This document shows positions 10,555 through 20,605 of a DNA stretch of 64,000 bases, one piece after another. Numbering within the stretch: the stretch's first letter is position 1; every line of letters begins with the position of its first letter. The translations under genes were made by a program, and so were the position numbers. Source of the DNA: a bacterium (GTDB lineage: Bacteria > Patescibacteriota > Minisyncoccia > Moranbacterales > GWC2-37-73); NCBI GenBank assembly GCA_003251635.1, contig QKEW01000008.1:33489-97488 (forward strand). The letters run 5' to 3'. The notes below the pieces were generated by a model. That model searched no databases, had not been told where the DNA came from, and saw only the letters and a program-made list of their open reading frames with translations.

Positions 10555-11553
10555 CTAGTTTTTCACTTCCTCCACCTTCACATCAATAATACCAGCTCCG
10601 ATGGAAGCGATTTTGGCAAAAGCGGCTTTATTCAGATCTATGATTCGATTAGCCCCGAATGGACCCCGATCATTGATTCGCACTATGATGGATTTATCAT
10701 TGGCTTTGTTGGTAACCTTAGCATAGCTTCCCAAAGGAAGCCATGGGTTGGCAGCCAACATTTCACCGAAAGGATATCTGGCCATCAAATTCGGATAAGG
10801 CGTCTGGTCATACCAACTGGCCCAACCGGAATGATCTTCTTTGCCCAACTTAATATAGGTTCCTTGAGTCACGATTTCATCAATTGGCGACTCCAAAACC
10901 TGCTCATCAACTTTTTTTCGTGAAATTTCTTCTCCGTCATGATAAATAACTTTGTAAATCACTTCTTTTTTACCCTTTACCCCTGCTTGAGTTACTTTTT
11001 TCTCCCGCCAACCCATTTCATCATCTTCATTAACAATTGTTTTGAAATCGATCTTTTCGGTTTCTTTCTCTTGTCGAATTTCCACGTGAGTTATGACCAA
11101 TTCAATTTCATCTGAAACCAAAGTTTCTTTTTCCGGCTGGAGTAAATCGTCCGGACCAAAATTAAGCTCCTCAATTTCCTCTACCGCTTGCCCGGCGGTT
11201 TTTTTGAGAGTATAAAACTCTTTTTCTTCTCCGCCCTCTTGAACCACAATTTTTCGAGCTTTTTGCAAATAAATTCGACTACCTGAAAGAATTTTTTCGC
11301 TCAGATCCGGTTGGACTGAGTCGTTGTCAGTAACTTCCAAAGATTGCTCTTGCAAAAAATCATCCACCGTCCGAGCTTCGCTCTGATAGGAATAATCCAA
11401 GCCATCTAAGTTTAAAATAATATTCTTGGTTTTAGTTTGAACAAATCGATCTTCTTCATCGGCTTGAGAAAAATAACCCCAAGCTAAAAAAATAACGCCT
11501 AGAACCAACGTTATTTTCCATTTTTTTCGAATTCTTTTTATGCGTACAAACAT
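10555..11553 (-). CDS. DUF348/G5 + RlpA-like lytic transglycosylase domain protein
   Basis: G5-like segment (QAGVKG...EIVTQGT); RlpA motifs ASWY, INDRGPF, IIDL. Confidence 0.85.
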   Translation of the reverse strand: MFVRIKRIRKKWKITLVLGVIFLAWGYFSQADEEDRFVQTKTKNIILNLDGLDYSYQSEARTVDDFLQEQSLEVTDNDSVQPDLSEKILSGSRIYLQKARKIVVQEGGEEKEFYTLKKTAGQAVEEIEELNFGPDDLLQPEKETLVSDEIELVITHVEIRQEKETEKIDFKTIVNEDDEMGWREKKVTQAGVKGKKEVIYKVIYHDGEEISRKKVDEQVLESPIDEIVTQGTYIKLGKEDHSGWASWYDQTPYPNLMARYPFGEMLAANPWLPLGSYAKVTNKANDKSIIVRINDRGPFGANRIIDLNKAAFAKIASIGAGIIDVKVEEVKN

Positions 11554-11565
11554 TGAACTTTAAAT

Positions 11566-13092
11566 TTATTCGATCTTGAAACGATATTGCACTGCTTCGG
11601 CCAAATGAGGAACTTCAATTTGAGAGCTTTCCGATAAATCAGCAATCGTCCTGGCTAGTTTGATAATTCGATGATAGCCCCGGGCGCTGAGCTTAAGTGA
11701 AGAAACCGCATTTTGTAGCAGTTTAGCACATTCGGAATTTATTTGGCAAAAATTTTTAATCTGCGGTGCTCCCATTTCACTATTGGTAATCAATTTTGAT
11801 CCAGCAAATCTTTTTTGTTGAATTTTTCTGGCCTTTTCTACCCGAGTCCGAATATCCGAACTCTTTTCGCCCCCACCGCTTTCTTGCAATTTTTCAAATT
11901 TAAGACGCGGAACCTCAACGTGCAAATCAATCCTATCCATGATCGGACCGGAAATTTTGCGCTGATATTTGAGAACCTGGGCTGTCGAACAAGAACAAAG
12001 TTTTTCCGGATCACTGGCATTACCGCAAGGACAAGGATTCATGGCCGCCAACAAAGTAAAGCGAGCTGGAAATTCCATTGAGCCTTTAACCCGAGAAATG
12101 GTTATTTTTCCATCCTCCAATGGCTGACGCAAATTTTCCAAAACCGCCTTGGGAAATTCCGCAAACTCATCCAAAAATAATACGCCACGATGAGCCAAAG
12201 ATATTTCACCGGGCTTTGGATAACTGCCGCCTCCCACTAAAGAAACTGCGCTGGAGCTGTGATGAGGACTGCGACAAGGACGGGCAGTAATCAAGGCCGT
12301 TTCTTTTTCCAACTTTCCAGCCACGGAAAATATTTTAGTAATTTCCAAAGCCTCTTCCATAGTCAGCTCCGGCAAAATTGAAGGAAAAGCCTTGGCTAAC
12401 AAAGTCTTGCCACTACCAGGCGGCCCACTGAGCAAAACATTGTGACCGCCAGCCGCTGCAATTTCCAAAGCTCTTTTAGCTTGTTCCTGGCCCGAAATGT
12501 CAGCCATATCAAAAAAATTTGTATCATTAACAAAAATATTTTCTTTTTCCAGTGGAGGCTGACTGATAATCAAACGTTTGCCCAAAAAATGATCAACCAA
12601 ATCAAAAAGGTGCGAAACCGGAATAATTTCTATTCCTTCCACAATACTGGCCTCACTGGCATTTTGAAGCGGAACATAAATTTGAGAAATATTTTTCGCT
12701 TTCGCCAGCAAAGCCAAAGGTAAAATTCCCTGGACTGATCGAATCTTACCATCCAATGCCAATTCGCCCACGATTAATTTGTTGGCTGAATCAAATTGAA
12801 TTTGTTTGGTAGCCAACAAAAATCCCAAAGCGATCGGCAAATCATACATGGAACTGGCTTTAGGCAAATCAGCTGGTGCCAAATTTACCGTAATCCGACC
12901 GCACTGATGTGGTGGCCTGAAACCGCTATTTTTAATCGCACTAGAAACCCGATCACGCGATTCCTTAATGGCCGCGTCCGGCAGTCCAACAATATTAAAA
13001 CTGTGAAGTCCAGCTGAAAGGACATCCACTTCTACCTCCACAATTTCCCCATCCAATCCTAAGATAGCAGCTGAAAGTATTTTGGAAGACAT
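11566..13092 (-). CDS. comM: Mg-chelatase-like AAA+ ATPase ComM/YifB
   Basis: GLPDAAIKESRDRV, GPPGSGKT, PGEISLAHRGVLFLDE, AAMNPCPCG. Confidence 0.95.
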   Translation of the reverse strand: MSSKILSAAILGLDGEIVEVEVDVLSAGLHSFNIVGLPDAAIKESRDRVSSAIKNSGFRPPHQCGRITVNLAPADLPKASSMYDLPIALGFLLATKQIQFDSANKLIVGELALDGKIRSVQGILPLALLAKAKNISQIYVPLQNASEASIVEGIEIIPVSHLFDLVDHFLGKRLIISQPPLEKENIFVNDTNFFDMADISGQEQAKRALEIAAAGGHNVLLSGPPGSGKTLLAKAFPSILPELTMEEALEITKIFSVAGKLEKETALITARPCRSPHHSSSAVSLVGGGSYPKPGEISLAHRGVLFLDEFAEFPKAVLENLRQPLEDGKITISRVKGSMEFPARFTLLAAMNPCPCGNASDPEKLCSCSTAQVLKYQRKISGPIMDRIDLHVEVPRLKFEKLQESGGGEKSSDIRTRVEKARKIQQKRFAGSKLITNSEMGAPQIKNFCQINSECAKLLQNAVSSLKLSARGYHRIIKLARTIADLSESSQIEVPHLAEAVQYRFKIE

Positions 13093-13109
13093 AACAAAAA
13101 GCTAAAAAT

Positions 13110-13673
13110 TTAACCTTTCTTGTTTTCTCGCAAAGTCATAAAAAGAATAAGTCCGACCATAATCGTTTCCAAAGGTAAAACACCCAGGCCCGGAACCGAC
13201 TCTACACTTGAAAAACCTAAAAAAATAACAAACCTCAATAAAAATCTCCCTAAAGCTTTGTTTGCAATTTTTTTGTATAATCCCCTTTTCTTTGCTCGAG
13301 TGCCTTGACCGGCTAAAATCAACATGAACATGATAAAAATCGAAATGCACCAAGTTATAACAAAACCAAAGGCCATTCCAACCGCCGCCAAAGGTGCTAG
13401 GGCCACAGTGGCTCCTGAGATAAATTCAAAAATCAGCGCCACCAAATCAAAAAGATCCTTAAGTAGCGCCGCCATAAAAGCTGCTACAAAAGCACCTTTC
13501 TGCATCAGAGTCAAAGAGGTGTCCTGTTTTTGAACTTTTTGAGTTTTTTTGCGACCTTCACTAAGACTACTCGTTAAATTTTCTAAAATTCGATCCCGCC
13601 TTCTGGAACTTTCCAGCTCTTCCTGGCGCGAGGAGTTCTCTTCAAAAGTCGAATTAAGAGCCGCCTGGGACAT
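13110..13673 (-). CDS. Hypothetical membrane protein
   Basis: ORF with about 3 hydrophobic segments, within the operon. Confidence 0.7.
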   Translation of the reverse strand: MSQAALNSTFEENSSRQEELESSRRRDRILENLTSSLSEGRKKTQKVQKQDTSLTLMQKGAFVAAFMAALLKDLFDLVALIFEFISGATVALAPLAAVGMAFGFVITWCISIFIMFMLILAGQGTRAKKRGLYKKIANKALGRFLLRFVIFLGFSSVESVPGLGVLPLETIMVGLILFMTLRENKKG

Positions 13674-13697
13674 GACTTAATTTATCTAAAATTATGA

Positions 13698-15515
13698 TTA
13701 TTCTTGATCAAACTCTTTTTTGGCTTGTTCGATTTCCAAAAGTTGGCGCGGATCAGATGTTATGATTTGATCTTCAGTATAAGAAGCAATGACTTTGATA
13801 GCCACATGTTTGGCTCCAGCAAATAAAATTCCCTCTCCGACATTACTTTCCAAAAGTAAAAACTTTTCCTGATCAGTAAGATAAAAGGTTTCACTAATCG
13901 CATCCACAGCTGCCGGCGATTGCCTGAGAAGTAACTGCAAGGAAGAGTTGGTAACGATTGGTTTTCCGTAACGAGAAGACATGAAATCGGCAATATCTTG
14001 AGTAATGGTTGTAAGCCCGGTGTAATATTTTCGACAGCGCTTGGCAATTCCAAACAGGAAAGAAGCCGCGTCTTCGTTTTGCATCATCACCCAAGCTTCA
14101 TCCACCACGATCATGCGCTTTTTAAGTTCAGAACGCATTTCATTCCAAATAAATTGCAGTACTAGATACATAGCAATCGGCCTAAGTTGTTCTTCCAAAT
14201 CGCGAATATTGAAAACTACCAACTGATTTTCAACTTTTACGTTGGTTTTTTTATTCAAAACTCCGGCAAAAATACCTTCAGTATATTTTTCCAAGCGCAT
14301 GGCCAGTGATTCACCTCCATTAGAATTTCGCAAAACCTCATAGAGATCTGACATGGTCGGAAAAGAATTTTCGTTCAGGGACTTAAAATTAGATTGAGGA
14401 GTAATGTCTCGCATGGCATAAGTTTCACGAATTGCCACATCCAAAATTGAATCCTCTTCCGGCGTCACCGCTCCCAACATAATGTGCAAAAGTCCAATCA
14501 AGCTAGCAATATTGGAACGCAAAACATCTTCCGGATCTTCATCTGCCCCGATTTTTGGCAAATCGAAAGGATTGATATGAAAATCACTATCCAAAGACAT
14601 CTTAATGAAAGTTCCTCCAACCGTATCACATAAATATTTATATTCATTTTCCGGATCAATCACAATCACATTGGTTCCGACCATCATTGAACGAAATATC
14701 TCCAACTTCACCGCATAACTTTTACCACCACCGGACTTGGCAAAAACCACCATGTTGGCGTTTTCCATTTTGTAACGATCAAACAAAATCAAACTGTTGT
14801 TATGTCGATTGATTCCATACAAAATTCCTTCGTTTGAAGATAAGTCAGCGCTAACAAAAGGAAAAGTAGTGGAAAGTGGCGAGGTGTTAAGATTGTTGGC
14901 TACATCTAATTCATCGTTGGCCAGCGGCAAAGTTGAAGCAAAGCCTTGTTCAACTTTCAAAACCGCTGGTTTTATATAAACCAACTGGGCTTCCAAAATT
15001 GCTTCGATTTCTTGGGCCACTTTTTCCAAATCTTCCAAGGTTTTGGCATAGACCGTAATGTATATTCCAAAACGAAAGAATTTTTCCGTTCCTTGTTGCA
15101 ACTTGTCTCGCAAATCTTCAATGTCTTGCAAAGCCGTTTCCAAAACCGGGTCTCGAACCTTGCCGCCTTCCTGCTCAATATGAATCTGGGACTGAACTTG
15201 GGTAGTGGTTTTACGCAAAGTTTTCAAGATATCCCCCGTATCAACCGGATGAATAAACATCGAGATATTCATCGGGAAATCAATATTGATAATTGGCGAA
15301 AACCAATTAGTGTGCAAATAGCGAGGATAGGCAATAATAAAAAGAGTTCGAGCATAAGTTTCCCCGATTTGAATGTAGTTAGTCGCCAAACGAATGGCGG
15401 CTGGAGCAATCAGGTCGCGGATAGTTGCCACTCCGCGCTCATAAATCGCATCACTGCCCAAAACATCTGGGACTACTGCTTTGTTTTGATTGTTTTTATT
15501 TAAATTAAACAGCAT
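13698..15515 (-). CDS. VirB4/TraC-like ATPase
   Basis: AKSGGGKS Walker A, VIDPENEY, VVDEAW, TTITQD. Confidence 0.9.
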   Translation of the reverse strand: MLFNLNKNNQNKAVVPDVLGSDAIYERGVATIRDLIAPAAIRLATNYIQIGETYARTLFIIAYPRYLHTNWFSPIINIDFPMNISMFIHPVDTGDILKTLRKTTTQVQSQIHIEQEGGKVRDPVLETALQDIEDLRDKLQQGTEKFFRFGIYITVYAKTLEDLEKVAQEIEAILEAQLVYIKPAVLKVEQGFASTLPLANDELDVANNLNTSPLSTTFPFVSADLSSNEGILYGINRHNNSLILFDRYKMENANMVVFAKSGGGKSYAVKLEIFRSMMVGTNVIVIDPENEYKYLCDTVGGTFIKMSLDSDFHINPFDLPKIGADEDPEDVLRSNIASLIGLLHIMLGAVTPEEDSILDVAIRETYAMRDITPQSNFKSLNENSFPTMSDLYEVLRNSNGGESLAMRLEKYTEGIFAGVLNKKTNVKVENQLVVFNIRDLEEQLRPIAMYLVLQFIWNEMRSELKKRMIVVDEAWVMMQNEDAASFLFGIAKRCRKYYTGLTTITQDIADFMSSRYGKPIVTNSSLQLLLRQSPAAVDAISETFYLTDQEKFLLLESNVGEGILFAGAKHVAIKVIASYTEDQIITSDPRQLLEIEQAKKEFDQE

Positions 15516-15519
15516 AACT

Positions 15520-16200
15520 TTATCTTAATTCCACTTGATCAATATCTTTTAGCAAAGAATTGTGATCAACGGCTGGATTATAGGAATTATAGAGGAGTTC
15601 GATGATCTCATCAGTTTTCAAGGGAACAACTTTAACTCCAGTCCCACTAAGTCCAGCTATCACCTGATCGACTCTTTGCCAAAGTTGATTTTTATAGGAT
15701 TCAAACATAATTTTCCTTTTTTCCAAATCCTTTTTGGGTCCGCCCATTAAATTTTCAAAAAAATTACCCTTAACACTTTCCACCGGAGAAAATGGCACCA
15801 CGATATAGAAAAATTTTGACATGATGTTTGAGGCCGCCGTCAAATTCTTGATAAAATTACGATATTCCGCCAACTGCAAAGTCAAAAGCTCATTGGAAAG
15901 TTTCAATTCCTGTTTTTTTAAGTAATCCATGTACGGTTCGATATTTAACCGACGGGAACTGATCACGATCTGAATAGGAAAATCTAAGGAATTAATAAAA
16001 TTCTGATACTGGCCAATAATTGAATCCTGTTCTTCGGTTGATTTCAAATCGAAATTTATTGCCGAAGCCATTAAAACAGCTCGAATCGAACCGTTTTTTA
16101 GGGAAATTATTCCGTCTTTAACTTCCTCAACATCAACATACTTTTGAGTGCTGCCCGAACCGGATCCACCGGATAATTTATCTGAATGAAGTAATTCCAT
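15520..16200 (-). CDS. Conserved protein associated with VirB4-like ATPase
   Basis: INFDLKSTEEQDSII...FINSLDFPIQI; lies between PrgI and VirB4. Confidence 0.75.
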   Translation of the reverse strand: MELLHSDKLSGGSGSGSTQKYVDVEEVKDGIISLKNGSIRAVLMASAINFDLKSTEEQDSIIGQYQNFINSLDFPIQIVISSRRLNIEPYMDYLKKQELKLSNELLTLQLAEYRNFIKNLTAASNIMSKFFYIVVPFSPVESVKGNFFENLMGGPKKDLEKRKIMFESYKNQLWQRVDQVIAGLSGTGVKVVPLKTDEIIELLYNSYNPAVDHNSLLKDIDQVELR

Positions 16201-16259
16201 TTTAATTTCAAACTAATTTTTATGTTTCTTTTTTCTTTCCAAGCTCCGTCATTCCCATC

Positions 16260-16742
16260 TTATTTTCGTGGAGGCATTTTTTTTAATATATTCACAACAC
16301 CTTCATCACTCTGTTGTCCATCACTATCCAGTATTTTAGCAATCCCTCTCAAATTTGCCAATGCTTGCTGTCTTCTTTCTTCTTGATTGTGAACCTCTTT
16401 AGATTTTTCATTAATGCTTTCAATGGCTTGCTTGTTTTGTTCAATCTTTTTTTGATTCCTATTAGCCGTTCTTTTCCAAATATATACCTTCGGTCCCAAA
16501 ATAAACAAAGCGCCGGAAATCAAGAAACCAACTAACGGCTGACCATATGGTTTATAGAAAGCCATGGCCACAAAAAATAAAACTTCCGGAATCGCAATTA
16601 TGAAAAAGGCTGCTGCTGGCAAAACTGCCCACAAAATCAATGTAAGCACTCCGGCCGCAATCATCCAGAGAAGTTGCTTAACAGTCAAAGGACCAACAAC
16701 CTTATCTTCTATATCAATATATTGAGGAACACTAAAAAGCAT
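16260..16742 (-). CDS. PrgI family membrane protein
   Basis: FSVPQYIDIEDKVVGPLTVKQ signature plus 2 TM. Confidence 0.85.
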   Translation of the reverse strand: MLFSVPQYIDIEDKVVGPLTVKQLLWMIAAGVLTLILWAVLPAAAFFIIAIPEVLFFVAMAFYKPYGQPLVGFLISGALFILGPKVYIWKRTANRNQKKIEQNKQAIESINEKSKEVHNQEERRQQALANLRGIAKILDSDGQQSDEGVVNILKKMPPRK

Positions 16743-16754
16743 ATTTTTTGAAAA

Positions 16755-17414
16755 TTATCCGACAAAAAACAAAGCAATGCGCTTGACCAAAACCATAGCT
16801 GAGAGAGAAATCACAATTCCAATAATCGAATTAAGGGCAATCTTTTTGCCGCGATCAATCTGATTTTCATTACCAGCTGAAGACAAATACATTATACCAC
16901 CTAAAACCAACATCAGAACTGATAAAATTCCAACTAGCGCTAACAGAAAATCCAAGACATTGAGAGAAATCTGAGTCAGGGTCTGAGCTTTTTCAACTTC
17001 TTCACTGGTTTCGCCAGTCCAACCCAAAAGTCCCGATATTTCTTTCAAAAAAGAAGGAGCAGCAATTCCCAAGGTCAATCCGATCAAAGAAGAAGTTATG
17101 GCAGACTTGGCTTTTTCAATCATGCCACTGTTCCCAGCAGAAATGATGTAAAGAACAGCTCCATAAACAATAAAAACCAAGGAAAGCACCACGATAATTT
17201 TCTGCAAAGAGCTTAATAAATTAGAAAGCAAGCCTTCGACTGTATCAAATTTCAAGGGGTTAACAAAAACGGTATTTGTATTAACCGATATTTCACTGCT
17301 GGTACTGGTTTCAGCCGCTAGAACCGAGTTTTGACTGAAAACCATGCTGCCAAAAACTCCAAAACAAAATACTGCCGCAAAAACCAAAAATTTTAGAAAT
17401 GTTTTTCTTTTCAT
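16755..17414 (-). CDS. Tandem VirB2/TrbC-like pilin
   Basis: Signal peptide plus two repeats of G..YI.SAGN...I.KAK..I..S.IG. Confidence 0.8.
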   Translation of the reverse strand: MKRKTFLKFLVFAAVFCFGVFGSMVFSQNSVLAAETSTSSEISVNTNTVFVNPLKFDTVEGLLSNLLSSLQKIIVVLSLVFIVYGAVLYIISAGNSGMIEKAKSAITSSLIGLTLGIAAPSFLKEISGLLGWTGETSEEVEKAQTLTQISLNVLDFLLALVGILSVLMLVLGGIMYLSSAGNENQIDRGKKIALNSIIGIVISLSAMVLVKRIALFFVG

Positions 17415-17449
17415 TTGTTTAAATAAATTTTAAGCACTTATTCCTATTC

Positions 17450-18250
17450 TTACTTAAAAACGCCATCTATCAAAGAACAACACTCCAAACCTTCATCGCA
17501 CTTATCCGCTTCCCCAACCGGTTTCAAAATATAAATTTTTGTTTGACACTGACCCTCTTTTACACATTTGCCATTGGTACCGGCAGCTCTGGACATTGAA
17601 GTTCCGGTGCAGGCCTCCATTTCTTTCAAAACTACTTTTTCAATGCAACATTTTTTTCCAATTGAACAGTCATTGCCTCCAGCCAAAAATTTCATACCGG
17701 TCGGACAATCATAGGCGCCAGCCGGAACTCCAACTTCATAACATTTTCCTTTATCATCAAAACCGCATTTTTTTTCTGTTTCAACCTCTTTTTTATCATC
17801 ACTAGTGTCAACATTAATTTCAACTGTTCCCACCAGTTCACCCTCACACTCAAAATTGCTCCAACTTTTGACCGAAATTCCCAAATCATCCTTGGTTCCC
17901 AAAAGCTGCATCGTATAGTTGACCATCAACCAAGCTGTAAACATTATCACCATTCCAATCAAAGAATTCTTAATAGCATTTTTAGCATTTCCGGTCATAT
18001 CCGATTCTCCAGCGCTAACTATATATAAAATTGAGGCAACACCTAAAATAGTTAATACGATTATAAAAGAAAGTTCCAAGGCTCTATTGATAACACCATT
18101 GATACCCACTAGGAAATGACACAGGGTGCAAGGATCTTCGCCTTCTCCTCCGCAAGGAATTAATCCAGCGGCTGAAACCTGCATTGGGGAAAATAAAATC
18201 AAAAACAGCCAAAATCCAACCAGCACCCCATTTTTCATTCGCTTTTTCAT
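17450..18250 (-). CDS. VirB2-like pilin with Cys-rich C-terminal extension
   Basis: GLIPCG..PCTLCH, pilin core, then repeated C-x-C...CC motifs. Confidence 0.8.
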   Translation of the reverse strand: MKKRMKNGVLVGFWLFLILFSPMQVSAAGLIPCGGEGEDPCTLCHFLVGINGVINRALELSFIIVLTILGVASILYIVSAGESDMTGNAKNAIKNSLIGMVIMFTAWLMVNYTMQLLGTKDDLGISVKSWSNFECEGELVGTVEINVDTSDDKKEVETEKKCGFDDKGKCYEVGVPAGAYDCPTGMKFLAGGNDCSIGKKCCIEKVVLKEMEACTGTSMSRAAGTNGKCVKEGQCQTKIYILKPVGEADKCDEGLECCSLIDGVFK

Positions 18251-18261
18251 CTGTTTATAAA

Positions 18262-19677
18262 CTACCGATTAGAGTCTCTCATCAACTCATCAATTCGATT
18301 ATTGGCGGTTGAAAGAGCATCATAAATCGAACTGGAACCTCTGTTTAGAGAATCAATCGCTTCGGCCAAAATTTTCTCAATAGAATTTGGATTTATCTGA
18401 AACCAACTCCTGGCAATCAAATTGCCATAGGCAAAAGCTCCGATTACCGAATCATCTTTTTGCAATTCAATTATATCACGTCGTGCAGCCGGCTTTTCAG
18501 TAGTTTTTAAATACTCAACAGCCGGATCAATGGAGACAACAAAATCTTTGATTGTCCCGGTTCTGGCATTTGTCAAAGTAAACACGCCGTTATTTGCAGT
18601 TGTTAGAAATTTCAAAAACTGCCAAGCTTCATAGACGCGAATTTCATTGGGAATTTCAACTTGCTGATTATTGACTGTCATAAACGACTTTTTATTCTTG
18701 GAAACCACATAACCCCAATAATTGGCATAGTTGACTTTATTATCTTCATTAAATTGAGGAACTTGAGCTATTGAAAAATTAAGTTTTTCATTTTTAGCTC
18801 TAAGTGTTGGGATGTGCCAAGAATAATTAAACATCATAGCAACTTTGTTTTCCGCAAAAGCGTCCAAAGAATAGTGCAGTCCCTTGTTCCAGGTATAAAG
18901 AGGGGACTTGGAATTGGCAAATTGAGCATAATAGCCAAGAGCATTCTCGCCAGCTTTCACCACATCACCTTGGGAATCAACCACTCCAACATCAATTGTG
19001 GCTTTAGTGCCTTGATCATTCACCATTTGCACTCCATTTTGTAGCATAAAAAGATTCAAAATATCCGTGGAACGATTAATGTTATAGGCGGTTCCAATCG
19101 CGGCACCAGCTTGAACAATGTTGCCATTTTCATCCAGCTTGGTTAATTTTTTAACACATTCATTAAATTCTTCCCAAGTTTTAGGCGGAGAGGTTATCCC
19201 AGCCGCATTGAACATGTCTCGATTATAATAAAGAGCCAGAGAATCAACACTCAAAGGAACGCCATAAACATTGCGCTGGTTAACAAAATCGCTATAAACC
19301 ACGTCCGGGAAATTATTTTTTATCTGAGTATCCCGAAAAATCGTATCCGGCGCAATTTCAATCTTGGAAGAAAAAGAGGGCACCCAATTATTTTGAATCA
19401 AGAAAATATCTGGCCCCTGTCCGGACGCCATAGCATCAATCAAATCGCTGTCATAGCTGTCTGTCGTAAATTTTCGATACTTTATTTCTCCAACGTGAGG
19501 ATTAATGTCTTTGTAGGCGCTGATAATCGGATCATAAATCGAACTATCATCAAAAAGTCCCCAAATTTCCAAGTTAACTTGATAGCTAGAGCTTTGTGTA
19601 GTTCCGCAACCGGAAAAAATCATCAAAGAAAAAAACAAACCAACCAAGATTATATGTTTTATATTTATTTTTTTCAT
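18262..19677 (-). CDS. Extracellular solute-binding lipoprotein (sugar ABC type)
   Basis: Lipobox FSGC; GPDIF; VPLSVDSLALYYNRDMF; PPKTWEEF. Confidence 0.85.
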   Translation of the reverse strand: MKKINIKHIILVGLFFSLMIFSGCGTTQSSSYQVNLEIWGLFDDSSIYDPIISAYKDINPHVGEIKYRKFTTDSYDSDLIDAMASGQGPDIFLIQNNWVPSFSSKIEIAPDTIFRDTQIKNNFPDVVYSDFVNQRNVYGVPLSVDSLALYYNRDMFNAAGITSPPKTWEEFNECVKKLTKLDENGNIVQAGAAIGTAYNINRSTDILNLFMLQNGVQMVNDQGTKATIDVGVVDSQGDVVKAGENALGYYAQFANSKSPLYTWNKGLHYSLDAFAENKVAMMFNYSWHIPTLRAKNEKLNFSIAQVPQFNEDNKVNYANYWGYVVSKNKKSFMTVNNQQVEIPNEIRVYEAWQFLKFLTTANNGVFTLTNARTGTIKDFVVSIDPAVEYLKTTEKPAARRDIIELQKDDSVIGAFAYGNLIARSWFQINPNSIEKILAEAIDSLNRGSSSIYDALSTANNRIDELMRDSNR

Positions 19678-19709
19678 TTTATTTTTTATTTTTTCGCAAA
19701 TAAAAATCA

Positions 19710-20261
19710 CTATTTGATAGCCACGAAAGCGTAGTGAAATTGTCCAGCTTCAACTTCCTTTACCACTGAAAAGCCTTCCTTTTCCACCATGTTTTTTGCT
19801 TTTTCAACCGGAATACGTAAATTCTGAGCTGGACCGATTGAAAAATTTCCATCATTCCATTCAACCAAAATTATTTTTCCGCCTTTTTTCAAAACCCTGA
19901 ACGCTTCCCCAAGAATAACTTCCTTATCCTGGTTCTGAAACAAAACATCTTTCAAGACAACCCAATCCAAACTCGCATTTTCCAAGCCGCTACCCTTTTC
20001 TTTCTCCAAGTTTACTCTTTTAGTTTCAATATTGGAAAGACCTAGGTTTTTAGCGCCACCTTCAATCGTTTCCAGCGCTTGAGGCAAAATGTCCAAAGCA
20101 AATAACTTTCCTTCCTCGCCAATTATTTGAGCCAGAGGCAAAGAAAAATAACCAGAAGCACAACCAAAATCCGCAACCACCGAACCATTTTCAACACCCA
20201 ATTGCTTAATAATTTCAATCGGATTCAAAAAAACTCCACTTTCATTACTTTGAGCTTCCAT
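19710..20261 (-). CDS. Class I SAM-dependent methyltransferase
   Basis: VADFGCASGYF; RVLKKGG. Confidence 0.85.
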   Translation of the reverse strand: MEAQSNESGVFLNPIEIIKQLGVENGSVVADFGCASGYFSLPLAQIIGEEGKLFALDILPQALETIEGGAKNLGLSNIETKRVNLEKEKGSGLENASLDWVVLKDVLFQNQDKEVILGEAFRVLKKGGKIILVEWNDGNFSIGPAQNLRIPVEKAKNMVEKEGFSVVKEVEAGQFHYAFVAIK

Positions 20262-20396
20262 TTTTATTTTGTTTTTGCTTAATTTCTCATTTATTCTACA
20301 ACAAAAAAAGCAAGTTGCCAAATTCAAATCCTAAAAAACTTGCATTTTGCCCTGTTTGCTATATGTTAGAAATAGCTAATTAACAGGAAAAATTGA

Positions 20397-20483
20397 GGAG
20401 GCGTGCCAGAGAGGCCGAATGGGGCGGTTTCGAAAACCGCTGTCCCCCAAAAGGGACCAGAGGTTCGAATCCTCTCGCCTCCG
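20397..20483 (+). tRNA. tRNA-Ser(CGA)
   Basis: Cloverleaf GGAGGCG...CGCCTCC, loop TTCGAAA, long variable arm, GGTTCGAATCC. Confidence 0.95.
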
Positions 20484-20605
20484 CCCTCGGCAGGCCATAG
20501 CTTTAATAAAGGCGATTCTTGTTTTATTAAATGTTATTAAAATTTAAATGAAAAAAATTTTAATCTACATTTCATAAAACATAAATAATTTTAATATTTA
20601 TAACT

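Noticed and set aside
20548-20577. Leader peptide MKKILIYIS before ilvE
   Set aside because: No attenuator hairpins; likely chance in AT-rich DNA
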